From the NCBI GenBank assembly GCA_964016885.1, contig OZ024743.1, positions 262,074,001 through 262,138,000 of the forward strand: DNA of 64,000 nucleotides. Reading direction: 5' to 3'. Under the pieces are notes generated by a model. That model was not told the origin of the DNA. It did not search any database and saw only the letters and a program-made list of their open reading frames with translations. Origin of the DNA: Eledone cirrhosa (taxonomy: Eukaryota). Positions 1-11,627 of this stretch are shown here, in pieces (within the stretch, counting starts at the first letter, position 1; each line of letters opens with the position of its first letter). Made by a program: the position numbers and the translations under genes.

Positions 1-839
1 GGAAGAGGGGCACTATTTTATTCAAATTAAATGTATTTGTCATTAAAAAAAAAACAAACTTTTGGCAGACTTTATAGAAGGGGGTGGGGAGAGGAATCAT
101 AATTTTTTAAGTGTTTAGGATCTCAAAATGACTTAATCCAGCTATGTCAACTAACCTTGGAAGAATGAAAGGCAAACTTGTTCTTAGTAGGGTTTGAACT
201 CAAAACATAAATATGTAACTCAACACTGCAAAGCATTTTGTCCAATGTTCTAACATTTCTTACATAAAAATGATGATGATAATGATGGTGCTGATGGTGA
301 TAGTGGTGGGTGTGGGGAGGAGGTGAGAGGGTGGTGGTGATGATGAGACAAGGCCAAAAATATTAGAAGGGTTAGCTAATTATATTGACCTTACATAGAG
401 GAAAGTTGAACATAAAGAATCTGATCAAATACTGCAATGCTCTACCAATTTTAATGATAATAATAGTTTCTGATTTAGGCATAAGGCCAACAATTTTGGG
501 GGAGAGGAAAGTTGATTAAATCAATCCAGTGCATTACTGGTACCTTATTTTATCGACCACATAAGTATGAAAAGCAAAGTTAACATCTGTGGGATTTGAA
601 ATAAGAACAGAAGAGGCCATAACTCTATGTTGGGAAGCTTGTACTCCAACGCTCTAATGATACTGCCAGAGGTGTTTTTGTTATATTCTTTAAGGTGATC
701 ATGTGTATATAGTCAATGACAGAGCGCCTCTACTTGGTCACTTAACCTACTAGAAATAGCAGTTGAATCTTTCTCAAATCTCATCTCATAATTTAAAAAA
801 AGAAGGGACACATTGGATAATGCCTTGCATATATTATAT

Positions 840-1020
840 GATTGGCAGTATCAGTAGAGGGTCGGACGCCATGCTTTCCAGCATAGTTACGTCCCTTTAC
901 GATCTAAGTTCAAATCCCGCCAAGGTTGACTTTGCCTTTCATCCTTACAGGGTCGATAAAATAAAGTACCAGTTATGCACTGGGTAATTTCTGGCCTTGT
1001 GCCTAAAGTAGAAACAATTA
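840..1020 (+). mobile_element. tRNA-derived SINE, major family of this window (Meta/Sauria-like central domain)
   Basis: A box TGGCAGTATCAG, B box AAGTTCAAATCC, central GCCTTTCATCCTTACAGGGTCGATAAAATAAAGTACCAG and 3' end GTAGAAACAATTA; many near-identical copies in the window. Confidence 0.85.
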
Positions 1021-1240
1021 TATGAATATGACTGTGTGGTCATGGCTGGGATGTTTAATATGAGAATAAACCATGCAAACTAGATGTTAATGTGGGAGTA
1101 GATACAGTGTAGGAAACTTAGTGTGCAATAGCGTGCAATTTGTTAGAGAGACATGTGGTGATAATGTAAGTATATGTTATGTGAGGTGTAATGCAAAGGA
1201 TGTGATAGAATTGGATAGGTGATTTTCATTCAAGTGTTTT

Positions 1241-1516
1241 TGTGTTGAGGTTCATATGTATGTGAACATGTTGGTTGTAACCCTCAGCTATTAACCATGG
1301 AATTATTTTGAGTCGTTTATAGTTAATAGGTGTTTGTTTGTTAAATGTAAATTCCACTGAATTACAGGCCATGTTGCTATAACAACATGGCCTGTAATTC
1401 GGTGGAATTTACATTTAACAAACACACACCTGTTAACTATAACGACTCAAAATAATTCCATGGTTAATAGCTGTGGGTTAAAACCAACATATACACATAC
1501 ATACGAACTACAACAT
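1241..1516. repeat. Long fold-back palindrome (about 135-bp arms, 6-nt loop) ending in (TA)n
   Basis: ...AATTACAGGCCATGTTG ctataa CAACATGGCCTGTAATT...; the arms are complementary out to about 1241 and 1516. Confidence 0.9.
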
Positions 1517-1540
1517 ATATATGTATATATATATATATAT

Positions 1541-1881
1541 AGTAATAAGAATATTTATATATATTTAATACAACTATAAATATGGAGGGTAGTACTAAGT
1601 ACTAGCCGGTTACCGGTATGACAAAAGGCTCAATGCAAATTTTCAAGTGTTTTACAGAGCCGAGATACAGAGTGTTAAAACGATCAAATTTTAGTTTAGA
1701 ACATTCACCTGCTGACAACTGTTTCTTCCATAGGGAAGTCTGGAATCATCGGAGCACAGGGAATGTCAAAACATGTGACTAAAATCCTAGTCATTCAGAA
1801 CACCCAGGGTACATAATTGTTGGAAGAAACAATTGTCAGCAGGTGAATGTTCTAAACTAAAATTTGATCGTTTTAACACTT

Positions 1882-1886
<5 letters not shown>
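1541..1886 (-). mobile_element. Hammerhead-bearing fold-back element between (TA)n tracts (Penelope pLTR/retrozyme-like)
   Basis: 66-bp inverted arms at 1665-1730 and 1821-1886; hammerhead motif on the minus strand at 1710-1756. Confidence 0.75.
1710..1756 (-). ncRNA. Type I hammerhead ribozyme motif (U4C core variant)
   Basis: Minus strand reads UGCU-CCGAUGA-UUCCA(gacuucccua)UGGAA-GAA-ACAGUUGU-C-AGCA, giving stem I, stem II, a near-palindromic stem III and a GUC cleavage triplet. Confidence 0.75.
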
Positions 1887-1946
<60 letters not shown>

Positions 1947-2284
1947 GCTGCAGAGTAAAATCTTTAAAGGAATTTCAATTTTCTGGCCTCCAGTATTTCT
2001 TCCAACTCTGAGTTCAAATCCCACTGAGGTCAACTTTGCTTTTCATCCTCTTGAGGCTGATAAAAAAAGTACTGGTCAAATACGGGAGTCAATTTGTCTT
2101 CTTTATCTCTTTCTCACATACTCTCTATTACTCTCTCTCTCTCTCTCTTTTCTCTGGAAGAAATTAGACTGGAGAGGAGATGGGCTCCACCAGGTTTAAA
2201 AATACCAAGAAATGCCGCATATCACTGCTGTGCCCCTACAACTCCATTGGGAGTTCCGGCTACATATATATATTCCAGTCACAG

Positions 2285-2860
2285 GAAGGGCCCATAGAAG
2301 TGGTTGATAGCTTCTGCTATTTAGGTGACTTAATTAGCAACAGAGGCAGGATGCTCTGAAAGCATAATAGCTAAAAGGTTTCTCCCTATGTACAAAAGGA
2401 TGCCTGTATAACTCCCGTGTATGAAGTGTGATGCTGCATGGATGTGACTGCAGAGGACATATGTAGACTGGAGAGAAATGAAGCAACCATGCTTCATTAG
2501 ATGTTCAATAAAAGTGTGAGAGAAAGGCAGAGCTTGGACAAGTTGAGAGATAAGCTGGGTTTAAGAAGAATTTGAGGTGGTGTGCAGGAGAGATGACTGT
2601 GTTGGGATGGACTTGTGATGCACATGGATGATGATCACTTGGTGAAAAAGTGCCAGGAAAACCCAGTGGAAGGAATCTGCAGTTTGGGTAGACCAAGAAA
2701 GACCTGGGCAGAGTTTGTGAGAGCTGACCTCAAATTGCAGAAACACAGAAGAGATGATGAAAGAACGCGACAAGTGGAGAGATGCTGTGCTGAGAAGGAC
2801 TTGCCCTACTCATGCAAGCATGGAAAGATAGACATAAAAACGATGATGATGATGATGATA
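2285..2860 (+). mobile_element. RTE-clade LINE 3' fragment, degraded
   Basis: Translates to EVVDSFCYLGD ... RLERNEATM ... GRPRKTWAEFVRADL and ends in a (GAT)n tail. Confidence 0.85.
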
Positions 2861-2861
2861 T

Positions 2862-3140
2862 ATCATCATCATCATCATTTAATGTCCATCTTCCATGCTA
2901 GCATGGGTAGGACGGGATGTCCCTTTGTGAGGGATCAGGTCGGGGGACTGTGATTTTCTCACATAGAACTGATTTGGCTTGGTTGCTATGGCTGGATGCC
3001 CTTCTTAACATCAACCACATTTACAGTGTGTGCTGCGTGCTTTTTGCTGTGTTGCCTACATGACCACTTTACAATGTGAACTGGGTGCTTTTTGTTGTGA
3101 CACCTACATGATCACTTTACAGTGTGGATCGGGTGCTTAT
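2862..3140 (-). mobile_element. RTE 3'-UTR / RTE-tailed repeat, tail-to-tail with the preceding RTE
   Basis: (CAT)n then TTTAATGTCCATCTTCCATGCTAGCATGGG ... GGATGCCCTTCTTAACATCAACCAC; related to 9637-10020, 26327-26590 and 52755-53293. Confidence 0.7.
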
Positions 3141-3717
3141 ATATATATATGAATATGATCTTTATTAGCCTAAATTCTGTTGTTTGATGTTACCTAATGA
3201 GGTGTCACTTTTAAAACTATAGGGAGACTCTCAAATGTTTATTATACACAAACATATTGTATATTCTTTTATATACACCCTTATCATAAACTGTACTATA
3301 TTAGTGCCATTTCTAATTACCTACTGTATAATCCTCTCTTATAGTTTTCTTCTGATATCCCATATGGTGTTGTATTGGCAATTTTTAATGGTCCTCTACT
3401 GATGGTGGTACCTCATAATGCTTTCAGCCACGACTGTATTGTTAAGAAGTTTGTGTTTTATCTACATAGTTTCAGGTTCAATCTCACATTGAAATACCAT
3501 AAGCAGTTTTTTTTTACCATTGTACTATATCAACCAAAACCTTGTTAGTAAAATGTGGAAGCATATTAGTGGAACGATTCTTGTTTTTTAGTGGTAAGCT
3601 TAATCTGTCATTTTGTTTCACACTTCAACCTGTCTCCTTGTTTCATATTTAATCCTGCTGTGCAACACTCCAGGCAAATAACCTTTGACACAGAATTAAT
3701 GCCTATTCTGTAAAGAG

Positions 3718-3903
3718 ATAATTGTTTCTACTTTTGGCACAAGGCCAGCAATTATCCAGTGTATTACTGGTACTTTATTTTATCAACCCCGTAAGGATGA
3801 AAGGCAAAGTTAACCTCGGCGGGATTTGAACTCAGAATGGAAAGGGCCGTAACTCTTTGCGTCAAAGCATGGCGTCCGACTCTCTACCGATACTGCCAAT
3901 CCA
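3718..3903 (-). mobile_element. tRNA-derived SINE (major family)
   Basis: Reverse complement of the SINE consensus, flanked by the direct repeat AAAGAGATAAT. Confidence 0.85.
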
Positions 3904-4029
3904 AAGAGATAATGCTGGTGTCATGATAAAATACACACAGTACACTCTGTAAAGTGGTAGTGTTGGTACCATGATAAAATACACCCAGTACACTTTGTAA
4001 AGTGGTTGGTTTTAGGAAGGGGATTTAAC

Positions 4030-4320
4030 TGTAGAAAAGATGGGCCTTTTTTCTAAATATTTTCATGGGAAATGTTCTGATGAGCTTTCCTTTTTGTTGC
4101 CTCATATTCACGTGTTGAAACGGAGCACCAAAGTAGCAGCTAGATGTCATCCATTTACAGTTCAAATTCCTGAGTGTAATTGAAAATTCTATTCTTATAA
4201 TTTCTTCCATCGCTCATCTCACCTATGGAATTCTCTTCTGGCTTCATGCTTTCCTGCCCACTCCAATTTACAAAAATTCAAAAGCAACATCAGTCGTCAT
4301 CTCTCTCCTTGAATTATGAT
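4030..4320 (+). mobile_element. CR1/Zenon-like LINE 3' fragment
   Basis: Translates to KYFHGKCSDELSFLLP...RCHPFTVQIP...FFHRSSHLWNSLLASCFP...QKFKSNISRHL with one internal stop; typical C-terminus of CR1-group ORF2. Confidence 0.7.
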
Positions 4321-4431
4321 ATACTTGATTATCAGCCAATCCCCTATTTTATGTCTGAGAAATCAGCAAAAATCCAAACCCTGTGTATTAACCAAGGCAG
4401 TTAATCAACACATTATGGTTAGATGGTGTTA

Positions 4432-4623
4432 TGGGCGGTGAATTGGCAGTATCGGTAGAGGGTCGGACGCCATGCTTTGACACATAGAGTTACGGCCCTT
4501 GCCATTCTGAGTTCAAATCCCGCCGAGGTTAACTTTGCCTTTCATCTTTACGGGGTCGATAAAATCAAGTACCAGTAATGTACTGGGTAATTGCTGGCCA
4601 TGTGCCAATAGTAGAAACAATTA
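4432..4623 (+). mobile_element. tRNA-derived SINE (major family) with 18-bp TSD
   Basis: Full SINE; ATTATG(G/T)TTAGATGGTGT at 4412-4429 and 4620-4637. Confidence 0.9.
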
Positions 4624-5468
4624 TGTTTAGATGGTGTGGTTTAGATATCCTCATTTATGATGTTTTAATATTTAGATATTTAAAATGTTTTAAGTGTTGT
4701 TTAGGGTATAGTTTTTGTTTCATAACTCCATTATGCAATGATCTTTTTACTAATTTTCAACCGTTTTGAAGGCCATAATTATACAAAACATCAAAAGCAT
4801 AGGAAAACAAAGACCCCCAAATTGAAACCCGTGTAATATTCACCTCCAAAGCGAAAATATTTTACCGTCTTATTCATGTAGAATTTTAAGTTGGTGAAAA
4901 TTGACATAATATTGACCTTGAGTATAAATCGACTCCATTTTACCATTAATTTTTTGTCACATATTTCTCGGCTTATATACGATTCTCAGTAACACTGTGC
5001 ATTTTAGTGGCTTTATTGACTTGCTTAGGTTGAGCAAATATATATATATAAAAGCAAGACGTGATTTCAAACCCATTTAGTCTCAGACCATGCCAGCATA
5101 GAATAGAAAACTGTTGCAAAATGATGATGATGATGACAATGTTTATTAGCTTCTCTATAACTTGATTACAGTATGCTTCAGTAACCGCACTATACTTTCA
5201 TATTTTTTTTACTCCTTTCTTCTATCATATCATACTCCCTCTCACTCTCCCCCCCCCCACGCTCACCCTCTCCCTCTCTATTTCTTTCTCTGTATTTATC
5301 TTTTATCATTTGCTTCACTCTCTTTGCTTTGATTATAATTTTTGCTTTTATTCTGTTGTCTTCCGCGGCTCACCAACCAGCACCTCTCCCTCTTTTCTAT
5401 CTCTCCAGCCCCCTCTCTTTCTACACACCCCACCACCATTTCTTCCATAGTTTCTCCATCAATCACAC

Positions 5469-5508
<40 letters not shown>

Positions 5509-5775
5509 CAAAGTATAATAATATATATATGATTGCTGTTAATATATCTTGGAATATTTCCAGAACAATTAATTCCCTGATTTTACTTACCAGGTTTATG
5601 CCCCGCCCCCTCCCATCAAACACCCCATTACAGCCCCTTCCCTGCAACCTTTATCCAAGTCAGCATCATAAGGTAGGAAGAATGAGGGAGTAGGAGAGGA
5701 TATGCTGTAAATCTTTTCAGAATTGGCAACATAATTCTATTGTCACCTTGGTGTCTTCTATTTATTTATTTGTGG

Positions 5776-6130
5776 ACATAGCATGGCTGAATAGTTAAGA
5801 AGTTTGCTTTGCCATTATTAGGCCCTGAGTTCGATCCTATTTCAAGACATTGGGCAAGTGTCATTTACCATAGCCTTGGGTATGAGTGATGCTGGGTAGA
5901 TGGAAACTGTGTGGAAGCCCGTCGGATGTATTATCCAAGTGTCGTTGTGTGTTTATGTCTGTGTAAGCATCTGTAGTCTGTAGTGGACATAGCATTGTCA
6001 CACTCTGTTAGGCTGAATCTTCCTGAGAATTACATTAAGGGTACACATGTCGGTGGAATGCTCAGCCATTTATACATTACTTTCATGAGCAAGCTGTTGT
6101 CAAAATCAACAGAGTTCCATTCCACTGTTT
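5776..6130 (+). mobile_element. Second tRNA-derived SINE family (CORE-like TTGGGCAAGTG motif)
   Basis: TGGCTGAATAGTTAAG A box, GAGTTCGATCC B box; relatives at about 58885-59200 and 61126-61280. Confidence 0.65.
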
Positions 6131-6564
6131 TAAAAAAAGGAATCATTGAATAATGTCTTGGGATGGAGTGAGGTTTACACTAAACCTGATGGTCATAGCT
6201 GGAATGCCTTTGATCATTGGTCAGTCAGCTTGATCAGTCAGACCTGCAGCTAAACCCTCCACTCACACATATCACTTCATAACGCACATACATCATGAAT
6301 CAATGAGGATCACTTGCCCTGCTAGAAATAGCAGCCACATCTCCCTGAAATTTTCAGTTGGAAACATTGTATAAAGCCTAAAAAATATATGTAATGGTCA
6401 TGGCTAGAATGCAATTAATGATACAACTGTGTAACACATATATGTCAATGAACTAATGAGGGGGGCTTTGTGTGCTTACTCAATTTGTTAGAAATAGTAG
6501 TCAAATCACCCTACAACACTGTTGTAAATTGGATAATGTGGTTTGGGGTTTTACTTAAGGTCCT

Positions 6565-6930
6565 GCACCACATGGAATCGCATTAAAAATTAAGATCTTT
6601 ATTCTAGTATTACAAATTTTCACAACAATCATTTGAATTAACAAATCTATTTGTAAACATTTTCTGATAAATTGTTACATGACTCTCCCAAAGTGTAACA
6701 ATATCTGTTTCAACATATGATTTCACATCAAGAATCTTACAAAACAAATTCAAGAACAAAGTATTACAGAATATGAAGACTTAAAACAAAGCAATACAAT
6801 CATATGAATGAAAGTAGAATATGATAAAAAGTGCACAACCATATAAGGACAAAAGAAGAGAACATGTTTTGTGTAAAGATTTGTGTATTTCCCAAAAGAC
6901 ATGTTTGTTAGCTGTTGTGAATAGTGTTAG
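6565..6930 (+). pseudogene. Degraded Penelope-like element C-terminus (GIY-YIG endonuclease region)
   Basis: Frameshifted translation gives WNRIKIKIFYSSITNF..IINKS, SITEYE.KTKQYNHM and IKSAQPYKDKRR..LCKDLCI, resembling the PLE motifs FNRNTVKISYSCMPN, GITENEFKTRYYNH and AQPY..G.RRCNLCL.EK. Confidence 0.5.
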
Positions 6931-7276
6931 TCTCTTACATACACACATATTTGCCACCTGAATCTGTGTGTGTATGTGTGTGTGTGTGTGCTGTTAAATA
7001 TAGGAATATTGTGGCAACTAGCCTGAGAGGTTAATCTATCTGAACCCTGGCTGGGGGAGGCTTTGACTCAGTTGCCCTAGCAATACCTGGCTAGGAATAC
7101 TAACTGTCTTATATTCCTTTCCACTCCTATGACTGTTCTCAAATTATCCCCCCCTTCTTTCTACTATCACTCTCTGCTACATTACCAACTATTATTTGGG
7201 TGGGTGGGGGAATTAAGGTAATCCTAGTATTTAGTTTTGATTTTTCTATCCATAAATAGAATTTAAAGTTTATTAC

Positions 7277-7515
7277 ATGAAAGTGATAAAAAATGTACAC
7301 TGGGGCCTGACCGACTGCTTCCTCTTTGCAATGGTCTCCGTTGAGATCTCTAGCATCCTTCGTCCCCACACTGCTGATCTCATCTGTAAAGTTGGAAAGA
7401 TGGCAGCCTGCTTGAGGCAGGAGCCCTGTGAGGTGCAGTGGCTGTTGCAGCAGATGCCTCTGGCCACTCTCCGCAGTATCGCTTTAGCCACTAAGACTGG
7501 GGTATAGTGACTACC
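7277..7515 (+). mobile_element. CRE-like non-LTR retrotransposon 3' fragment (RLE C-terminus)
   Basis: GLTDCFLFAMVSVEISSILRP...EPCEVQWLLQQMPLATLRSIALA resembles CRE F.P.AVET.G.LGP...EPRE..WL.QRLS.AV.RGNA. Confidence 0.65.
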
Positions 7516-7799
7516 CCCCTCCCTTTCTTTCGCTGCTTAATGCTTCTTTCTTTTTCTTCTTTTTATTTTATTTTTTCTTTCCCCTTTTTTGTTCCATTTA
7601 GCGGTGTTTTGTTTTTATTAGATGCTGCTCAATTATTTTTTATATAATGTCAATGGCCTTTCATGACATTATGAGATTTTCTAAAACAATTAAAATGTGA
7701 GTATATGTGAATGGCTATTAGGTAATAAAAAACAAAGGGAAGTAAAAGAAAGAAAAGAAAACGAAAAAAGAAATTAAGCTCAATATAAATGGAAAGGAT

Positions 7800-8110
7800 G
7801 AGGGAGTGACAGACTGTATACCCCAGTCTGACAGGTATGTTTCAGCTCCGCCCCACACACAAAATCCTGAATGCCTTGTCATGGAGAATGGCCATTGACA
7901 TCCACTGCAACAGCTACCCTATATCACATGACTCCTTCTTCAGGTGAGGTACTGTCTTTCCGATTTTACAAAGGAAAATAGCAGTTCAGATACTGAGTAC
8001 ACCTGAAGTTTTGACAGTGACCGACATGACTATTCTTTGGAGAAAAACAGCAGTTCGGGGACTGAGGACACTTGAGATTTCAATGGAAACTGATAGGACT
8101 ATCCTTCATC
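7800..8110 (-). mobile_element. More degraded inverted copy of the same CRE-like 3' end, with an internal duplication
   Basis: ATACCCCAGTCT (about 7818-7829) is the reverse complement of AGACTGGGGTAT at 7495-7506; the AGCAGTTC...GACTAT block is repeated. Confidence 0.5.
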
Positions 8111-8919
8111 CTTAAATTCAGGTCCATTACTAGGGTTGAGTATTTGGGGTGGAGGAGGTTGAGGGTTTAAAATATTCCGGGTGGACACAATAATTCTAAG
8201 GTGGAAAAAAGAAAGGATGGATATTTCTTGAATAGGGATGACTTGGGCTAAACAAAATGTTTATTGATGGGACAAAGAGGGGAAAGTGGGGCAGGGAATT
8301 AGAAATTCCTGAAAGTTAAAAAATACAGAAACTATCCTGTGAATGTAAATAAAGACCAGCAGTTGACCACATTTGCTCATACAGATCTGGTTTGGGCTTG
8401 GTTTCTATCTGTATTACATATAATGTCATTTTCACTTTCATTGTTGACATAACTAAGTTCTTTCCATTTTAACTATAATATATTTCAAGTTTCTGCTATA
8501 CTTTACTAATTTAATAGCTGAAAACCATTTTTCAACAAATAGATAGTTTTAACAAAATTTATAAATCCACCCAATTTAACATTGTATTTATTAAATTAAA
8601 AAGCTCAAATTCCATTCCTTTACTCTACCCCCCCCCCCCCCACACACACACATTTATTCATGAAAATATCAAATAATTTACATTCCTAAAATTCCAACAC
8701 AAGTTTTCTTAAATACTGAATAAATCTTCTTATTTCAATTTTCAAATAATTCATAAATATTAAAATAATAATTATTTCTTTAAATTACATCACACTTGAT
8801 TGAATTTATCTAATGATAATTTTTCAAGATAATCTATGTTTTTTTTCTTTCATCCTTCAAGAGTTACATTCAAAAACCATTGTATACACTCAAAACAATA
8901 TATCTCAATACTTTTGATA

Positions 8920-9290
8920 ATGTGTCTCATTTGGAACATCTCAGTTAGCAACTTTTTTGCTGCTTCCTACATCAAAGATGCTGTGGCGAAGGTGAGAATC
9001 ACTGCATCTATATCTAAATGGAATACAATTTTACTATCCAGGACTTATAGGCAAATATAATTTTTTTCAACCTGTGGCATTTGAGACGTTTGGGAAGCTG
9101 GATCGTTGACAACAATGTTCTTGTCATTGTTGGCACCTCACCTTACTGGGTGATGCCTGCAAGAGTGCTTAGTTATTCCAGTATCTCAGCCTCGCTATCA
9201 CCTGTGGCAACACTGTGAGTGTGTTGGCTTGCTTAAAAAATAATTAGAGGGAAACACCAGTACCTCTTGTGGTGTGTGGTATGTGATTGC
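8920..9290 (+). mobile_element. CRE-like 3' fragment, second family
   Basis: FAASYIKDAV...AFETFG...LSLAITCGNTVSVLACL; homologous to 40520-40840. Confidence 0.6.
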
Positions 9291-9636
9291 GTGTGCATAT
9301 CTCCCTCTCTCTCTCCCTATATATATACATATATATAGTGTTTTTAGTGTAGAAAAATCTATTAAAACTTTCAGAATAAATTCACATGTGATTAAGAGAT
9401 ATGGTGAGTGGAGAAACAGAATATTTATAACATGAAATATCAGAAGGCAAACACCATATTAATATCGAGTTTTAATGTCTGAAAAAAAAGTTGGTTATAA
9501 GTTGGATGGAACAATTTAATCAACTGAAAGTCTTCCAAACAAAAGATATAATTATAAGTGGTAAAGAGTTATTCCCCCTACACTGGAACTTACAAAATTT
9601 GCCTTTCTAACGCTAGTGAGTGTGTGTGAGTTTGAA

Positions 9637-10222
9637 TCATCATCATCATCATCATCAACGTTTAACGTCCGTGTTCCACGCTCGCATGGGTTTGGACGGG
9701 GGTTTTCCCACTTGAGGCAAGAGTGATTGTCTTGCTCGCATAGGACTGTCTGGCAGGTTTTCTACAGTTGGATGCCCTTCCTAACACCAACCACATTTAC
9801 AGTGTGGGTCTGGGAGGTTTTTACCGTGTTGCCTACATGGCCACATTACAGCGTGGACTGTGTGTTTTTTTGTCGTGACACCTACACGATCTCATTTGTT
9901 TCGGCCTGGATGTTGTGGCACCAACATAACTTTACATAGAAGGGGGGGCGGTGTGGATGGGGTGGGGGTGGTGGGACGGGGGTGTATTTTGTTAGAGATG
10001 CCTACTGACTGTAGTAGGTTTTACTATGTATTTAGGTAAGGCGGGTCTTCTCTATTACTGAGTACCGCCAAAGGTCTTGGTCCAGTGACATTGTCTTGGA
10101 GAGGTGTAAGTGTGTGAGGTTGGAGTTTATCAGCTCGTCCCAGGTTTTTCTAGGTCTGCCTATTCCGTGGCTACCGTCTATCTTTATTGCCCTGCACTTT
10201 GTTATACAGCTATCGACTTTCA
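9637..10222 (-). mobile_element. RTE LINE 3' end (ORF end, 3'-UTR and (GAT)n tail)
   Basis: ORF 10032-10223 contains GRPRKTWDELI...LWRYSVIEKTRL; the UTR is nearly identical to 26327-26590 and similar to 52755-53293. Confidence 0.8.
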
Positions 10223-10224
10223 TG

Positions 10225-11580
10225 AATAATAATAATAATGAAATTATTGTGTAAAGTGCTCAGATGCACTACAACTCGTAAAAGGTGCATGTATAGTACA
10301 TAGAATAATATACAAATGTCAGGGAAGTGAATAGTGTATGAGTCATGATATACATATGTGTATGTGTATGGAGGGGGAACATTGGGTGTAGTGTTGGCAA
10401 ATCTCGGGGAGCATGGAGGTTTTAAAGGATGCAGTGTCTCGACAGCTAACAACTGATGCAGGTAGTTTGCTCCATGCTTCAGCAACTCTAAGCGTGAAAA
10501 AATGTTTCCGAAAGTCATGTTTTCTGACTTTGTGGACATGCCCACGTGTATTAGACACATGGAAATCAAAAAGGTACTCAGGATTGTTGTTGGCAAGATG
10601 GTTAACAATTTTGTGGGTGTTTACTAAGTCAGTTGCCAGGCTTCGGAGCTTCAATGTATCCATGCCCAGGGAAGCAAGGCGTTCAGAGTATGGTAGATGC
10701 CTGATGGAGGGTATGCGCTTGGTTGCACGTCTCTGAACAGTTTCCAGGCGGTCAATGTTCTGAGCAAGATAGGGGTTCCAGACTGGTGATGCAAATTCTA
10801 AGTGTGGCCGCACCATATCCATGTACAGCCTTAAATAGATAGCTGGAGAGCGGCTGACAAAGGTCTTGCTGAGTGATGCTAAGACACCATCAGCCCTCTT
10901 GACAATTTTAGAGACGTGCTTCGTCCAACGCAAATCGCTGCTGACCGTAATGGCCAGGTCACGTTCACAAGAAGACTTCTTGATATTAGTGCTGTGGAGG
11001 GAGTATGTGGACGTTGGGCTTTTACTCCCAAAATGCATGGTGGTGCACTTGTCCACAGCTAGCTTGAGTTGCCAGTCTGAGATCCATTGTTGCATTGTGT
11101 CCAGGTCAGACTGCAAGCAAGATCTATAGTGTTCAGGATCTGTCCTTTTTATCTCAAGGTACAGCTTGATGTCATCTGCATATTTCAGTACTGTGGCATT
11201 CTTTAAGTTGGCATCTATGTCATTAATATATGCCACAAACAAAAGGGGGCCAAGAACAGATCCCTGTGGTACACCAGATGACATCTCTTATGGTGAGGAA
11301 TGCTGTCCTAGAACCATGACTAGCTCGCTTCAACTGAGAATGAAGGACTTCAACCAGTTAAAAAGATCATCCTTCACACCCATTGCAGAGAGTTTTGCCA
11401 TAAGCCTTTTGTGTGGCACAGAATTGAAAGCTTTCGCAAAGTCAAGGTAAACAACATCCACCCATGACCCGCCATCAGTGATCCGGGTGATCTCTTCAAG
11501 AAACTCGATAAGTTGATCACAGCAGCTGGAGTTGGGGATAAATCCAAATTGCGAGGGCCGGATAAGACTGTGAGAGTTCC
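10225..11580 (-). mobile_element. CR1-clade LINE, 5'-truncated (RT domain to (ATT)n tail)
   Basis: VDVVYLDFAKAF, SGVPQGSVLGPLLF, KYADDIKL, RPHLEFASPVWNP; (ATT)n tail at about 10225-10240. Confidence 0.95.
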
Positions 11581-11627
11581 AACTTTATAAGTTGGTTAAC
11601 ATCAAGTATGAGTGTGTGTGTGTATGT

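Noticed and set aside
840-920. tRNA genes suggested by the A and B boxes
   Set aside because: They are heads of multi-copy SINEs with TSDs, not cloverleaf tRNAs.
4075-4081. CTGATGA here and in the 62602-62758 duplication
   Set aside because: No stem II-GAAA-stem III follows; here it is part of LINE coding sequence.
7930-7950. TTCTTCAG|GTGAGG as a second recursive splice site
   Set aside because: It lies in a degraded CRE-like copy and has a weaker donor; probably chance.
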